Shown: one piece after another, positions 54,797 to 64,000 of the stretch
Numbering within the stretch: the stretch's first letter is position 1
How the letters are laid out: each line of letters begins with the position of its first letter
DNA from: Candidatus Poseidoniia archaeon
Lineage (GTDB): Archaea > Thermoplasmatota > Poseidoniia > MGIII > CG-Epi1
Length of the DNA: 64,000 nt
Reading direction: 5' to 3'
Assembly (NCBI GenBank): GCA_030754655.1
Contig: JASLZX010000003.1
Location: 15,449-79,448, forward strand
Translations under genes and position numbers: made by a program
Notes under the pieces: model-generated
What the model saw: the letters and a program-made list of their open reading frames with translations, nothing else
Databases searched by the model: none
Told to the model about the DNA's origin: nothing

Positions 54797-56434
54797 TCAC
54801 ACCGCGTAGCCGTAACTCCAGTAGAAAGCGAGCTCGTCGTCAGCGTAGACACGATAGCAGAACCAGTCAATCCAGCGGTAATGGGTGCTGATGATGATGG
54901 ATTCGGGAATGCTGGCGCTGCCGGTCGCCTCCGGGAAGGCGATGTTCACCAGCGAGAGGCTACGGTCAGCCGAGATGTTCTCGTTGAACTCGTTCCGGTT
55001 TTCCCACGTCCAAAGATGGTCGTTCTGCTCCGTAAAGAGCGCACGCCAGCCAAGGTATTCCAGCTCCATCGCGGCCGGGTCGATGACGCCCTGCGCCAGC
55101 CCATCGGCGTCGCGCGTCGCGATTAGCCCGGAGTAGGCATCGACCCGTCGGGTGCGCTTGATGTCGTTCGCCTCGAAAAATTCGCCATCGGCGTGCGCGC
55201 TGCCCCAGAATGCGGCGGCGATGGTCGGCTCGCGCACGTGGTAGCTGTAGCTAGTCTCCGGCCGCTCCATGTGGTCGATGCGTCCGCGCAGGTCGACCGC
55301 GCCCGAGACTCCCGACAGCACGAATAGCGCCGCCACCAGCGCCGCCCGGCCACGACGGGATGGCAGCTCACGCAGCAGCATCTCGGCGCCCGGTCCGACC
55401 AGTAGCAACATCCCGAGCAGCAGCAGGTAGACGAGGTAAATCCGGTCGAGGATAACGTAGGCGCCGAGCGCCAGCCACGTCAGCGCTAGCCATGTCGCCA
55501 GCGTCGGGCGCCCCTGCTGGAGCGTGCCGCCCACGCCGAGCAGTGCCAACAGCAGCAATGGCCCACCGAGTAGTCCATAATGCACCGCGAGGTTGGCGAA
55601 CCGCACCGGCAGCGTTTCGCCCTCGAAAAGGTAGACGCTGAACAGCCCCTCAGACGGGGCGTAGAGCGTGCCGCCGAGGTAGGTGAGGTAAGCGAGGTAG
55701 AGGCCAAGCCCGGTGCAGAAGGCGACCCCCTGACGCGCTGCGCGCTCGCGGTCGAGCGCGCCCGCCTGCCAGCGGCTGAGCGCCGCCGCCAGCGCGAACG
55801 CCAGCAGGAAGCCCGGCAGCAGCAGCCCCATACGGTGGACCGCCGGCAGCGCCAGCCCCAGCGCCAGCCCCAGCGCGATGAGCCGTGCCGGATGGCGGCC
55901 GTAGCGGCGATGCTGGCTGCGCAGCAGCGCCCAGAGGAAGAGCGGCAGCAGCACCACCATCAGGTAGCGCAGCGAAAGCCGCCAGAGCGCGAAAGTGATG
56001 AAGCGCGGCGCGACCGCAAACGAGAGCGCCGCCAGCCAGCGCGCTGCGGGCGAGACACCCAGCTCGCCCGCCAGCAGCCACATCCCGGCGACGCCGAGCA
56101 GCGAAATCGCGAGCGAGAGCAGCAGCGCCGACCCCTCGAAGCCGAGCCCCGTGGTTTCCTCGAAGGCGCCGGTCAGCGCCAGGTGACCGGCCGGCGAGGT
56201 GCCGGGGTAGAGGCCGAAATAGGCGGCCGGGTGGAGCAGCCATTCCATCGCACCCGCATCGCGCAGCGACGCAACCTGGACGAAATACACGAAACTGTCG
56301 CTGCCGGTCGGGCGAGGCGTCAGGGGCCAGCGTAGCAGCAGTGTCACCGCCACGAGGAGTGCGCCCGCAACCCGGGGGAGAGGCCGGCCCATGGCGGTGC
56401 AGCCAGCGCGTGCTAAAAGCGGCTGCTGCGCCAC
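54797..56434 (-). CDS. polytopic membrane protein, GT-C-like glycosyltransferase candidate with C-terminal extracytoplasmic domain
   Basis: About 11 TM helices in the N-terminal 380 aa followed by a soluble about 160-aa domain; architecture like ArnT/PMT/AglB-type enzymes but no definitive motif. Confidence 0.45.
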   Translation of the reverse strand: MAQQPLLARAGCTAMGRPLPRVAGALLVAVTLLLRWPLTPRPTGSDSFVYFVQVASLRDAGAMEWLLHPAAYFGLYPGTSPAGHLALTGAFEETTGLGFEGSALLLSLAISLLGVAGMWLLAGELGVSPAARWLAALSFAVAPRFITFALWRLSLRYLMVVLLPLFLWALLRSQHRRYGRHPARLIALGLALGLALPAVHRMGLLLPGFLLAFALAAALSRWQAGALDRERAARQGVAFCTGLGLYLAYLTYLGGTLYAPSEGLFSVYLFEGETLPVRFANLAVHYGLLGGPLLLLALLGVGGTLQQGRPTLATWLALTWLALGAYVILDRIYLVYLLLLGMLLLVGPGAEMLLRELPSRRGRAALVAALFVLSGVSGAVDLRGRIDHMERPETSYSYHVREPTIAAAFWGSAHADGEFFEANDIKRTRRVDAYSGLIATRDADGLAQGVIDPAAMELEYLGWRALFTEQNDHLWTWENRNEFNENISADRSLSLVNIAFPEATGSASIPESIIISTHYRWIDWFCYRVYADDELAFYWSYGYAV

Positions 56435-56523
56435 GCAACCTTTCAGTCACCAGCGCTGCAACGCTTCTCAATATCATTATATAGGGTAAGCCATCCTCGC
56501 AGGCGACCTGACCGGAGGTTACG

Positions 56524-57219
56524 GTGGCTCTTCGAAAAAGACGTAATTTCGGACTGATTTTCGCATTGCTTTCAGCCGCACTCCTGACGGGCGGAAGCGT
56601 GGTCGGGTATTCCGGAGGCGGCGACACCGGCGGCGATGACTGGGCTGCCGGCGTGATGGTGGAGGGCTGCAGCTGCCACAACCTCGAGCAGAGCGAAACC
56701 GGGATGTGGGCGCTCGAGGGCTTCCCGGCGCGCTACGGGCCCGGAACAGTCTACAACCTAACGCTCACGATTGCCGATTCCAGCGTCACCGACGCTGCCG
56801 ACCCGGCGGCGGCGGGCGGCTTCCTGCTGCGCGTCACCAACGGCAGCTTCGCCAGCGGCGATGGTTTCTGGACCGGCGATAGCGGCCGCCTGCTCTCGCA
56901 CAACGCCGACTCGGACGACCGGCGCAACTGGACTGTGACGTGGACCGCACCCGACGAAGGGACGGGCGACGCGGTGCTGACCGTCTACTTCAACGTCGTC
57001 AACGGCGAGAACGGCAACGACGCCGGCGACGGCTGGACCCGGCTCGTGGCGGTCTCGCTCGGGACCCCACAGGCGCTGGAGGACGAGAAGGGCATCCACG
57101 AGCTGGGAGTCAGCCTGAAACAGTACTGGATTGGCCTGATTGGCATCGCCGTGACGCTGGTCTTCGTGCTGCTGGCGTACATCGTACTACGAGGGGGGAG
57201 TGCCAATTACCGAGGTTAA
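56524..57219 (+). CDS. secreted protein with C-terminal TM anchor (contains CSCH motif)
   Basis: GTG start with GGAGGT RBS; signal peptide; C-terminal hydrophobic helix; upstream of the Rieske/cytb genes. Confidence 0.5.
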   Translation: MALRKRRNFGLIFALLSAALLTGGSVVGYSGGGDTGGDDWAAGVMVEGCSCHNLEQSETGMWALEGFPARYGPGTVYNLTLTIADSSVTDAADPAAAGGFLLRVTNGSFASGDGFWTGDSGRLLSHNADSDDRRNWTVTWTAPDEGTGDAVLTVYFNVVNGENGNDAGDGWTRLVAVSLGTPQALEDEKGIHELGVSLKQYWIGLIGIAVTLVFVLLAYIVLRGGSANYRG

Positions 57220-57571
57220 CGAAATCCTCGAGCAGGTCGCCAGCGGCGAGCTGACGCAGGCGGACGCGCAGAAGCTGCTCGGCACCCGCGGTGACGAGCA
57301 GCTCGGTGCAATCCGGCACGAGACGCCGGCGCCGGAACAGCTCTCGATTTTCGCGATTATCATGCTGCTGATGGTGGTGCAGCTGCTCTACGACGCACTC
57401 TTCATCTTCGGGCTGATTGAGGGATGGGACCAGACTTTCCTATCATTCATCATCGGTATGGCGATGCTGACGTTCGGGCTGATGCTCGACCTCTACCGCC
57501 GCAGCTTCCTGCCCGACGTACTCGAAACCAAGCGCCGTCGCGACAAGGTCGTACCGCGGCTGGAGCGATAG
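57200..57571 (+). CDS. small membrane protein
   Basis: Two to three TM helices; precedes the Rieske gene directly. Confidence 0.4.
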   Translation: MPITEVNEILEQVASGELTQADAQKLLGTRGDEQLGAIRHETPAPEQLSIFAIIMLLMVVQLLYDALFIFGLIEGWDQTFLSFIIGMAMLTFGLMLDLYRRSFLPDVLETKRRRDKVVPRLER

Positions 57572-58252
57572 ATGCCGGTCACACGGCGCAATTTCCTGAA
57601 AGGCGCCCTCGCGCTTGCCGGGAGCGGCATGGGCGGCGCACTCTCGGTGCCGGCGTTGATGACGCTGCTGCCGCCACCCGTTGTCCGTTGCAACTCGGAC
57701 GAGGCGTACGACACTCTGCTCTTCAAGGAACGGGAGCCGGGCACGTGGTACGAACCGCTGGCTGGCAAGGTGGCACGCAAAGAGGACTTTGCGTTGAACC
57801 AGGCGGCGATGGTGACCTGGGCGCCGAAGGAACTGGAGGAGGGGCTGGGAACCTGCGAAATCGTGCTAACGCTAATCAAGCTGCCAGCCGAGGAGGCAAT
57901 GATTGAATGGGGTATCTCCGACGATGGGGGCAACGCGGTAATGATGGCGTACCACACCTACAAGTGCCCGCACCTCTGCTGCAAACCAGTCTTTATGGAA
58001 AAAGAGGAACTCAGCAGCCTCAGCGGCGACACCTACGTGAACATGTTCCTCTGCCCGTGCCACTTGAGCCTCTTCGACCCGCTCTCGATTGTCGAGGCTA
58101 CCGACGAGCTGGGACGCAAGGTAATGGTCGCCGAGCTGGTCGAGGGGCCGGCGCCGTACGGGCTGCCGATTGTGCCAATCATCGAACGCGACGGCGAGCT
58201 TGTAGGGCGAACTGATAAACTGGAGTGGCTGAAATACTGCGGACAGGGATGA
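57572..58252 (+). CDS. Rieske [2Fe-2S] protein with Tat signal peptide
   Basis: RRNFLKG twin-arginine motif; Rieske boxes CPHLCC and CPCHLS. Confidence 0.8.
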   Translation: MPVTRRNFLKGALALAGSGMGGALSVPALMTLLPPPVVRCNSDEAYDTLLFKEREPGTWYEPLAGKVARKEDFALNQAAMVTWAPKELEEGLGTCEIVLTLIKLPAEEAMIEWGISDDGGNAVMMAYHTYKCPHLCCKPVFMEKEELSSLSGDTYVNMFLCPCHLSLFDPLSIVEATDELGRKVMVAELVEGPAPYGLPIVPIIERDGELVGRTDKLEWLKYCGQG

Positions 58253-59193
58253 GAACGACAATAGCGGCTGCAACCGCCCTCGCGCTGCTCGCGCTGGCCG
58301 GGAGCGCCCGCGCCGAGACGCCGCTGCTGGAGGAGTTCATGCGCGACTACACCTTCCTGCTGATTTTCCTCTCGCTGGTCGGCGCAGTGGTCGGCTTCGC
58401 CTTCCTCTGGGCAACCGGGGCGCTGCCGCAGGTGCTGCTGTCGACCTGGGCCTGGCTCGACGAGCGATTTGCGCTGCGGCGCTACGCCAGCCTAGCGCGG
58501 CGCGAATACTACTCGGTGGTCTTCACGCTGCTGCCGGCGAGTGGACGCACCTTCCCGCAGTCGCACACCGAGCGGTACAACGTCAAGGCGGTCTGGTACT
58601 GGTACCCCTTCTACTGCCTCGGCGGGCTTTCGTTCCTGGCGTTCATCATCCTGACCATTACCGGCATCTATCTCGGTTTCTACTACGTCCCTGACGGCGA
58701 TTTCGTCGAGGGCGCTGACGGCGAGATGACCTCCGGAGCGTACGAGTCTATGGAACTCATCATGACCGAGGTGAGCTTTGGCTACATCATGCGTGCGGTG
58801 CACCACTGGGCGGCGCACTTCATGGTCGCAGCGGTGTTCCTGCATATGATGCGGGTCTACTTCGTGGGGGCGTATCGCAACCCGCGCGAGCTGAACTGGA
58901 TTCTGGGGTCCATCCTGCTGATGGTGACTATTTTCTTTGGCTATACCGGCTACCTGTTGCCGTGGGACGAACTGGGCTTTGCTGCCGGGTCAATCGGGCT
59001 CGAAATGGCGACCTCGATTCCGGCCATGGGGCCGCTGATGGCGCAAATCGTCTTCGGCGGGACGCAGCTTACCGGCACGACCGTGCTGCGGATGTACTGG
59101 CTGCACGTCTTCGTGCTGCCCGCAGTGGGAATCGCGCTGATGGTGCTGCACATGGCGCTGGTCTGGATACAGGGGGAGGCGGAGCCGCACTGA
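58249..59193 (+). CDS. cytochrome b, N-terminal di-heme domain (b6-like)
   Basis: Conserved His pairs (VHHWAAHFM...; WLHVFVLP...HMALVW) in TM helices; ATGA overlap with the Rieske gene. Confidence 0.85.
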   Translation: MRTTIAAATALALLALAGSARAETPLLEEFMRDYTFLLIFLSLVGAVVGFAFLWATGALPQVLLSTWAWLDERFALRRYASLARREYYSVVFTLLPASGRTFPQSHTERYNVKAVWYWYPFYCLGGLSFLAFIILTITGIYLGFYYVPDGDFVEGADGEMTSGAYESMELIMTEVSFGYIMRAVHHWAAHFMVAAVFLHMMRVYFVGAYRNPRELNWILGSILLMVTIFFGYTGYLLPWDELGFAAGSIGLEMATSIPAMGPLMAQIVFGGTQLTGTTVLRMYWLHVFVLPAVGIALMVLHMALVWIQGEAEPH

Positions 59194-60254
59194 TGGGCGA
59201 CTACACCGAGAACCTGATTAGCGAATACCAGCAAGGGCGGCAGGCGGAGGACGCTGCCGAGCGCATCGGGCGCAGGACCGAGTTCACGCGAGAAACGCCG
59301 CGGCAGGCGCACTCGGTGCTCGAGGCGTCGCACGTCAAAGGCGAGCCGCTCTACCCGCACGAACTGGTGCGCGACAGCGTGCTGACGCTCTACGTCACCT
59401 CCATCCTCTTCTTCCTGTCGGCGTTCATTCCGCCGCCGTTGCACCGGGCGGCCGACCCCGCCGCCTCGACCGCCTTCCCGCCGCCGCTGCCGGACTGGTA
59501 CCTGCTCTGGGCGTTCGGCTGCCTGAAGGTGGCGTGGGACATCGAGTTCACCATCCTGGGTCACCACTTCTTCCTGATGACTGCCAAGGTCTGGGGAACG
59601 CTGGTGCAGGGGATGATTATCGGCATGGTCGTCGCGGTGCCATTCATCGACCGCGCGCTGGGCTACCTGATTGACCCCGGGCCGAAGGAGGGGATGATGG
59701 ACGTCCTCAACTCCGGCCACGCGCGCCGCCCCATCGAGGACCCCGTGCGCGCCGCGATTGGCGTCTGGGGGCTCGCCTTCGTCGTGATGCTCTCAATATA
59801 TTCCATCAACGCCAACATCGTGCTCTACTACCCCGCCGTCACGACCTCCGTGCTGGCAGGGGTGACGCTGTGGGGGCCGCTGGCGTGCGCCGGGCTGACC
59901 TATCTCTGGCTCGACCGGCGCCGTGCCGAAGGGGCGCGGCCGCTGAGCGATGAGGAGCGGTTCGAGCTCTATCGCGACGGGATTACCAGTCGCCGCATGC
60001 AGCGCATCTACGAGTTCAAGCTCAACCGCTGCTACCAGTGCGGCCTCTGCGACGACATCTGTCCGGTGCGCACCAACGAGGGCGAGGAGGAGCTGAACAT
60101 CATTTTCAATACTTTCCAGAACGAGCACGACGGCGTCGCGAAATGGTCGTGCATCACCTGCGGGATGTGCACCGCCATCTGCCCGCAGAACATCGAATAC
60201 GTGGATTACGTCCTCGAGCAGCGCGCAATTGCGCTGCAAGGAGCCGCAACATGA
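59193..60254 (+). CDS. cytochrome b C-terminal domain (subunit-IV-like, PDWY motif) fused to a 2x[4Fe-4S] ferredoxin domain
   Basis: PPLPDWYLLWAFG (PEWY-like) in TM region; C-terminal CYQCGLCDDICP and CITCGMCTAICP cluster motifs. Confidence 0.75.
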   Translation: MGDYTENLISEYQQGRQAEDAAERIGRRTEFTRETPRQAHSVLEASHVKGEPLYPHELVRDSVLTLYVTSILFFLSAFIPPPLHRAADPAASTAFPPPLPDWYLLWAFGCLKVAWDIEFTILGHHFFLMTAKVWGTLVQGMIIGMVVAVPFIDRALGYLIDPGPKEGMMDVLNSGHARRPIEDPVRAAIGVWGLAFVVMLSIYSINANIVLYYPAVTTSVLAGVTLWGPLACAGLTYLWLDRRRAEGARPLSDEERFELYRDGITSRRMQRIYEFKLNRCYQCGLCDDICPVRTNEGEEELNIIFNTFQNEHDGVAKWSCITCGMCTAICPQNIEYVDYVLEQRAIALQGAAT

Positions 60255-61135
60255 GTCGCACCGAACCCTACGCCCGCACCATCCCGCACCCGCTCTTCGA
60301 GCGCATGATAATCAACGACGTCGACACGCCCGACGAAGCGCCGTGGCAGCCCGAGCGGCAGCACGAATACGGCTACTTCCCCGGCTGCGTCGACTTCATG
60401 GACGTCGAAGTCAAGTTCTCGCACCTGAACAAAGGCGATGCCGACCACGCCTCGATTGCGGCGGCGGCTATCAAACTGATGAACGCCGCCGGCATCGACC
60501 CTCTGATTCTCGACATGAACTCGTTCAAGTGCTGCGGGCACGACCAGCTCTGGCAAGGACAGCTCGAGGTCTTTGACGAGCTGAAGGCGCACAACCTGCG
60601 CCGCATGCAGGAGAGCGGTATCCGCACCCTCGTCGTCACCTGCGCCGAAGGCTACCGCACCTTCGCGGTCGACTACGACCTGCCCGGTCAAGGCATCCAG
60701 GTCGAGCACATCACGCAGACGCTGCGCGGGCGCGGTCTCAAGTTCAAGTCACCCGAACCGGTGCGCGTCACCTTCCACGACCCGTGCCGGCTCGGCCGCA
60801 TGATGGGTGAATACGACGCGCCGCGCGACCTTATCCAATTGGTGGACGGCGCCGAGATGGTTGAACTGGAGAACAGCCGCGAGAAGGCGCTCTGCTGCGG
60901 CGTCTCGTCGATGATGTATTGCAACGACGCGACCAAGGCGGTGCGCAAGAAGCGGCTGGACCAAGGCACCGACGCCGAAATCCAGGTGATGCTTGGCGGC
61001 TGTCCCAAGTGCTACATGCATATGCAATGTCTGCTCAACGAGGAGCGCATGGACCCCGGCGAACACAACCACTCGTTCGAGATGCTGGACCTGATGCAGT
61101 TCCTCTCCGCCTGCCTTGTTGAGGAAGCCGCCTGA
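60251..61135 (+). CDS. CCG-domain (cysteine-rich, HdrB/HdrD/GlpC-C-terminal-like) iron-sulfur protein
   Basis: Two Cys-rich CCG-type repeats (FKCCGHD...; ALCCGVS...CPKC); ATGA overlap with the upstream gene. Confidence 0.7.
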   Translation: MSRTEPYARTIPHPLFERMIINDVDTPDEAPWQPERQHEYGYFPGCVDFMDVEVKFSHLNKGDADHASIAAAAIKLMNAAGIDPLILDMNSFKCCGHDQLWQGQLEVFDELKAHNLRRMQESGIRTLVVTCAEGYRTFAVDYDLPGQGIQVEHITQTLRGRGLKFKSPEPVRVTFHDPCRLGRMMGEYDAPRDLIQLVDGAEMVELENSREKALCCGVSSMMYCNDATKAVRKKRLDQGTDAEIQVMLGGCPKCYMHMQCLLNEERMDPGEHNHSFEMLDLMQFLSACLVEEAA

Positions 61136-61983
61136 TGGCTGCTGGCATCGACCGACAATACCTCTCCGCCTGGAAGCAGGCCGCAACGCACGCGGGTGAC
61201 AGCGAGCCGGTGCAAATCTGGACACAGGACGGCACCTACGGCGGACTCGACTCGGGCAAGCTCGGCATCTGGGGCACCGTCGTCGGCGTCGATTTCGACA
61301 TGTGCATCGCCGACGGGGCGTGCATCGACGCCTGCCCGGTCGACGTCTACGAGTGGATTGATTCTCCCGGCCACGCCGCGTCGGAGCGCAAGCCGTTCAT
61401 GCCACGCGAGCCGGACTGCATTGTCTGCCGCGCCTGCGAGGAGGTCTGCCCGGTCGACGCGGTGCTGATTACCGACCCGGGCGACGTCGAGGCGGCGATG
61501 GCGGGCGCGGACGCCGCGGCCGCCCCGGCAATCACGGAAGCGGTCGCCACCGAAGGCGAAGCCTCGGCCGAAGCCGCCGCTACCGTTGCGGCTGAACCGG
61601 CAATCGCAGCACCGGTGTGGGAGCCGAAGCCCGATGTGTGGCTCCAGCGCATGAAGGAATCGCTGGCGGACGCCAATCTGCCCGATACCGGCATGGCGAA
61701 GGCGAAGCCGCTCTTCAAGGAAATCCGCAAGGAGACGCTCGACTCGCTCTCGCGCGGCAAGGAATTCATCGCGCTGGTGCACAACGACAAGTGCATCGGC
61801 TGCACGCAGTGCGTCTATTTCTGCAACTTCGCGTCAATTGACATGATTGGGTGGGAACTCGAAACACGCACCGACGCGTTCGAATCGAAGAAAGCGCTGA
61901 TTGTCGAAGATACCTGCACCGGCTGCACGCTCTGCGTCTTCGCCTGCCCCGTCGAAGCAATCACCATGGAAGCGCGGGCGTGA
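61135..61983 (+). CDS. polyferredoxin with four [4Fe-4S]-type Cys motifs
   Basis: CIADGACIDACP, CIVCRACEEVCP, CIGCTQCVYFCN, CTGCTLCVFACP; Ala/Glu-rich linker between the two ferredoxin pairs. Confidence 0.75.
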   Translation: MAAGIDRQYLSAWKQAATHAGDSEPVQIWTQDGTYGGLDSGKLGIWGTVVGVDFDMCIADGACIDACPVDVYEWIDSPGHAASERKPFMPREPDCIVCRACEEVCPVDAVLITDPGDVEAAMAGADAAAAPAITEAVATEGEASAEAAATVAAEPAIAAPVWEPKPDVWLQRMKESLADANLPDTGMAKAKPLFKEIRKETLDSLSRGKEFIALVHNDKCIGCTQCVYFCNFASIDMIGWELETRTDAFESKKALIVEDTCTGCTLCVFACPVEAITMEARA

Positions 61984-62033
61984 GCCCGACTGCGTCAGAT
62001 AACCTGTTGCGCGCCAGCTTCGGTATTTGTGGG

Positions 62034-62618
62034 ATGTTAGCGCTGCTCGACGCACTGCTGACACAGAGCGTGCCAGTTGAGTACTTGGCCTATCTAACGG
62101 CACTTGCTGTGTTTGGGATAACGACGGTGTGGCGAGACTCACTGCCGTCCGACAACCTGAGGCTGCGCTACGGCATCGTGGCCGTGGTCTGGCTGCTGGT
62201 GCTGGGGCTCGCCGGGCTCGCCACCCGCGCCGGCGACCCCGGCTTCGGGCAGGCGTCATTCATCCTGCTCGGCACGCTGCTGACCTGGGTCGTGCTGCGC
62301 GCCTGGCCGCCGCCGGCGGTCGAGCCGCCGCCAGCCGAGATTGTCATCGAGACGCCGATTGACGCTCCCGAGTGGGGCATCAGCGAGAACGGCTATCGGC
62401 GGCTGACCTGGGCGACGATGATACTCGCCACCGGCTGCGTCGCGGTCTTCCTGGAGGGGCTGATACAAGAGCGCTTCGCCGCCGCGCTGGGGATGCTGCT
62501 GCTCGGCAGCGTCATCGCGGTGCTGCCGCTCATCATCCCGGTGCGCGAGACCGAGGCGACCATCCGGCGCCTTGCGGAGCGCAAACGGCGCAAGGCATGG
62601 CGCCGGCGCGAGCAATAA
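62034..62618 (+). CDS. membrane protein, hypothetical
   Basis: About 5 TM helices; start trimmed to avoid overlap with the polyferredoxin. Confidence 0.4.
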   Translation: MLALLDALLTQSVPVEYLAYLTALAVFGITTVWRDSLPSDNLRLRYGIVAVVWLLVLGLAGLATRAGDPGFGQASFILLGTLLTWVVLRAWPPPAVEPPPAEIVIETPIDAPEWGISENGYRRLTWATMILATGCVAVFLEGLIQERFAAALGMLLLGSVIAVLPLIIPVRETEATIRRLAERKRRKAWRRREQ

Positions 62619-62646
62619 CCCTAATCACCCGGCCTGCTGGCGCGCC

Positions 62647-63822
62647 ATGCAGGAGCTACTGGAAGAGGCACTCGCCACGCTGGTCCCGTCTGACGCGGAG
62701 CAGGCGGCCGTCGCGGCGCTCTGCGACTCGCTGCTGGCGCGCGCCCGCAAGGCGGCGCCGGACGGCGTCGAGCCGCTGCTGGTCGGCTCGGTCGCGAAGG
62801 GGACCTGGCTGCCGGGCGCCGATATCGACCTGTTCCTGCGCTTCCCGGAAGGCGCGGACCTGAAGACGGAAGGGCTGGCGCTGGCGCGCGCGGTGCTGCC
62901 CGACGGCGAGGAGCTCTACGCACAGCACCCCTACCTGCGCGGATCGGTCGAGGGGCACAGCGTCGACGCGGTCCCCTGCTTCGCCATCAGCGACCCGTCG
63001 CAGCCAGCGTCGGCGGTCGACCGCACGGTGTTCCACACCTCGTGGGTACACGATAATCTCACCGACGCGCAGCACAACGATGTGCGGCTCGCGAAGCGCT
63101 TTCTCGCAGTCGCAGGCGCCTACGGGGCGGCAGCGGCCGTCGGCGGTTTCTCGGGTTACCTGGTCGAGGTGCTGGTACATCGCGCCGGCGACTTCCCCGC
63201 CTTCGTGGAGGAAGTCGCCGGCTGGCGGCCGCCGGTCGCGCTAGGCGCGGTGCCGGGAGCACCGGAGGCGGAAATCACACTCCCCGACCCCGTCGACCCC
63301 GGCCGCAACGTCGCCGCCGGCGTGATGCGCGACGGGCTGGCGCGCGCGGTGCTGGCGGCGCGACGATTTCTGGCGGAGCCGATCGCGGACGCGTTCGTCG
63401 TTGGGACGGCAGAGCGCAAGCCACTCGGCTGCGTCACGACGGTCGTGCTGCCGCACCCCGGCGGCGTCGAGGAGACCGCGCTGCCGCACATACAGCGGCA
63501 GGGGCGCAAGCTAGTGCGCGCGCTCGAGCCGTTCGGCGTGCTCGGCAGCCACTGCTCGCTCGGCAACGAGGGGTTCATCGTGCTCGAGACCGCCGCAGTG
63601 GAGCTGCCCGAGCGGCAGCTTCACCGCGGTCCGGCGGCGTGGGACGCGGGCACGTTCGAGTTTCTGGCGGCTTACCCACAGGCACCGCTGCGCGACGGCC
63701 GTTTCTGGGCGCTGAAGCCACCGCTACATCCCGACATCGCCAGCGCGGTGCAGACGCTGTTGCCGAAGGCGCGCGTGGTCGAGGGGCTCGCCGACGGGGC
63801 GGAGCCGTTGCCGGCCGCCTGA
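62647..63822 (+). CDS. cca: archaeal class-I CCA-adding tRNA nucleotidyltransferase
   Basis: GSVAKGTWLPGADIDLFLRF nucleotidyltransferase motif (GS...DxD) as in archaeal Cca. Confidence 0.8.
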   Translation: MQELLEEALATLVPSDAEQAAVAALCDSLLARARKAAPDGVEPLLVGSVAKGTWLPGADIDLFLRFPEGADLKTEGLALARAVLPDGEELYAQHPYLRGSVEGHSVDAVPCFAISDPSQPASAVDRTVFHTSWVHDNLTDAQHNDVRLAKRFLAVAGAYGAAAAVGGFSGYLVEVLVHRAGDFPAFVEEVAGWRPPVALGAVPGAPEAEITLPDPVDPGRNVAAGVMRDGLARAVLAARRFLAEPIADAFVVGTAERKPLGCVTTVVLPHPGGVEETALPHIQRQGRKLVRALEPFGVLGSHCSLGNEGFIVLETAAVELPERQLHRGPAAWDAGTFEFLAAYPQAPLRDGRFWALKPPLHPDIASAVQTLLPKARVVEGLADGAEPLPAA

Positions 63823-63866
63823 CGCGGCGCGCGAACCGACTTAACCGGCGTCCCGCTCCGCAGCGT

Positions 63867-64000
63867 ATGGGCAAGGAGGTCATAGTCTCGCGCGAGGGAA
63901 ATATTGGCCGCGTCACGGTCAACCGGCCCGAGCAGCTCAACGCGATGAACACGGCGGCGCGCAGCGCAATCGCCGCGGCCTTCGAGCAGTTCGGTGCTGA
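63867..64000 (+). CDS. enoyl-CoA hydratase/isomerase family protein (5' partial, runs off window)
   Basis: MGKEVIVSREGNIGRVTVNRPEQLNAMN crotonase N-terminus. Confidence 0.55.
   Translation, partial: MGKEVIVSREGNIGRVTVNRPEQLNAMNTAARSAIAAAFEQFGA

Noticed and set aside
55580-56681. Overlapping ORFs (251 aa + and 343 aa -) over the GT-C-like membrane protein
   Set aside because: Arg/Ala/Glu low-complexity translations; the chosen frame encodes regular TM helices.
56524-57219. CSCH as a c-type heme-binding site
   Set aside because: Canonical motif is CxxCH (or rarely CxxxCH/CxxxxCH). CxCH is not an accepted heme c site, so no cytochrome c call was made.

Overview
This window is high-GC archaeal chromosome, roughly 65-68% GC with a few sharply lower-GC patches. 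The gene content points to a euryarchaeon, possibly a Marine-Group-II/Thermoplasmatota-like heterotroph, but that guess is tentative. The markers are GatE, CTP synthase, an archaeal class-I CCA enzyme, and a complete exosome superoperon (psmA, SBDS, rrp4, rrp41, rrp42, rpl37ae, rpoP, pcc1, pfdB). Two tRNAs are present: tRNA-Tyr(GTA) with a textbook bulge-helix-bulge (BHB) intron, and tRNA-Arg(TCG). Accessory content includes:
- two giant type-I membrane proteins with PKD/CARDB/Fn3-like repeats and cytoplasmic tails;
- a PKD lipoprotein and a PQQ-propeller/TPR protein;
- a lower-GC Tad/FlaI-FlaJ-like type IV pilus operon with several class-III signal-peptide pilins, plus a distal pilin and an ArsR-like regulator;
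- a single-gene low-GC island encoding a SAM methyltransferase;
- a mosaic adhesin gene whose 5' two-thirds is about 45% GC;
- a translationally coupled MBL-hydrolase plus split double-DSBH 2OG oxygenase operon;
- a histidine-ammonia-lyase-family gene with Ala-Cys-Gly at the MIO triad, next to a class-III aminotransferase;
- an unusual Rieske/cytochrome b locus in which the cytochrome b C-terminal domain is fused to a 2x[4Fe-4S] ferredoxin and followed by an HdrB/HdrD-like CCG-domain protein and a polyferredoxin.
No CRISPR array, rRNA, transposase or integrase was recognised. Many ORF-track entries on the opposite strand of these genes are compositional shadow ORFs and were rejected.
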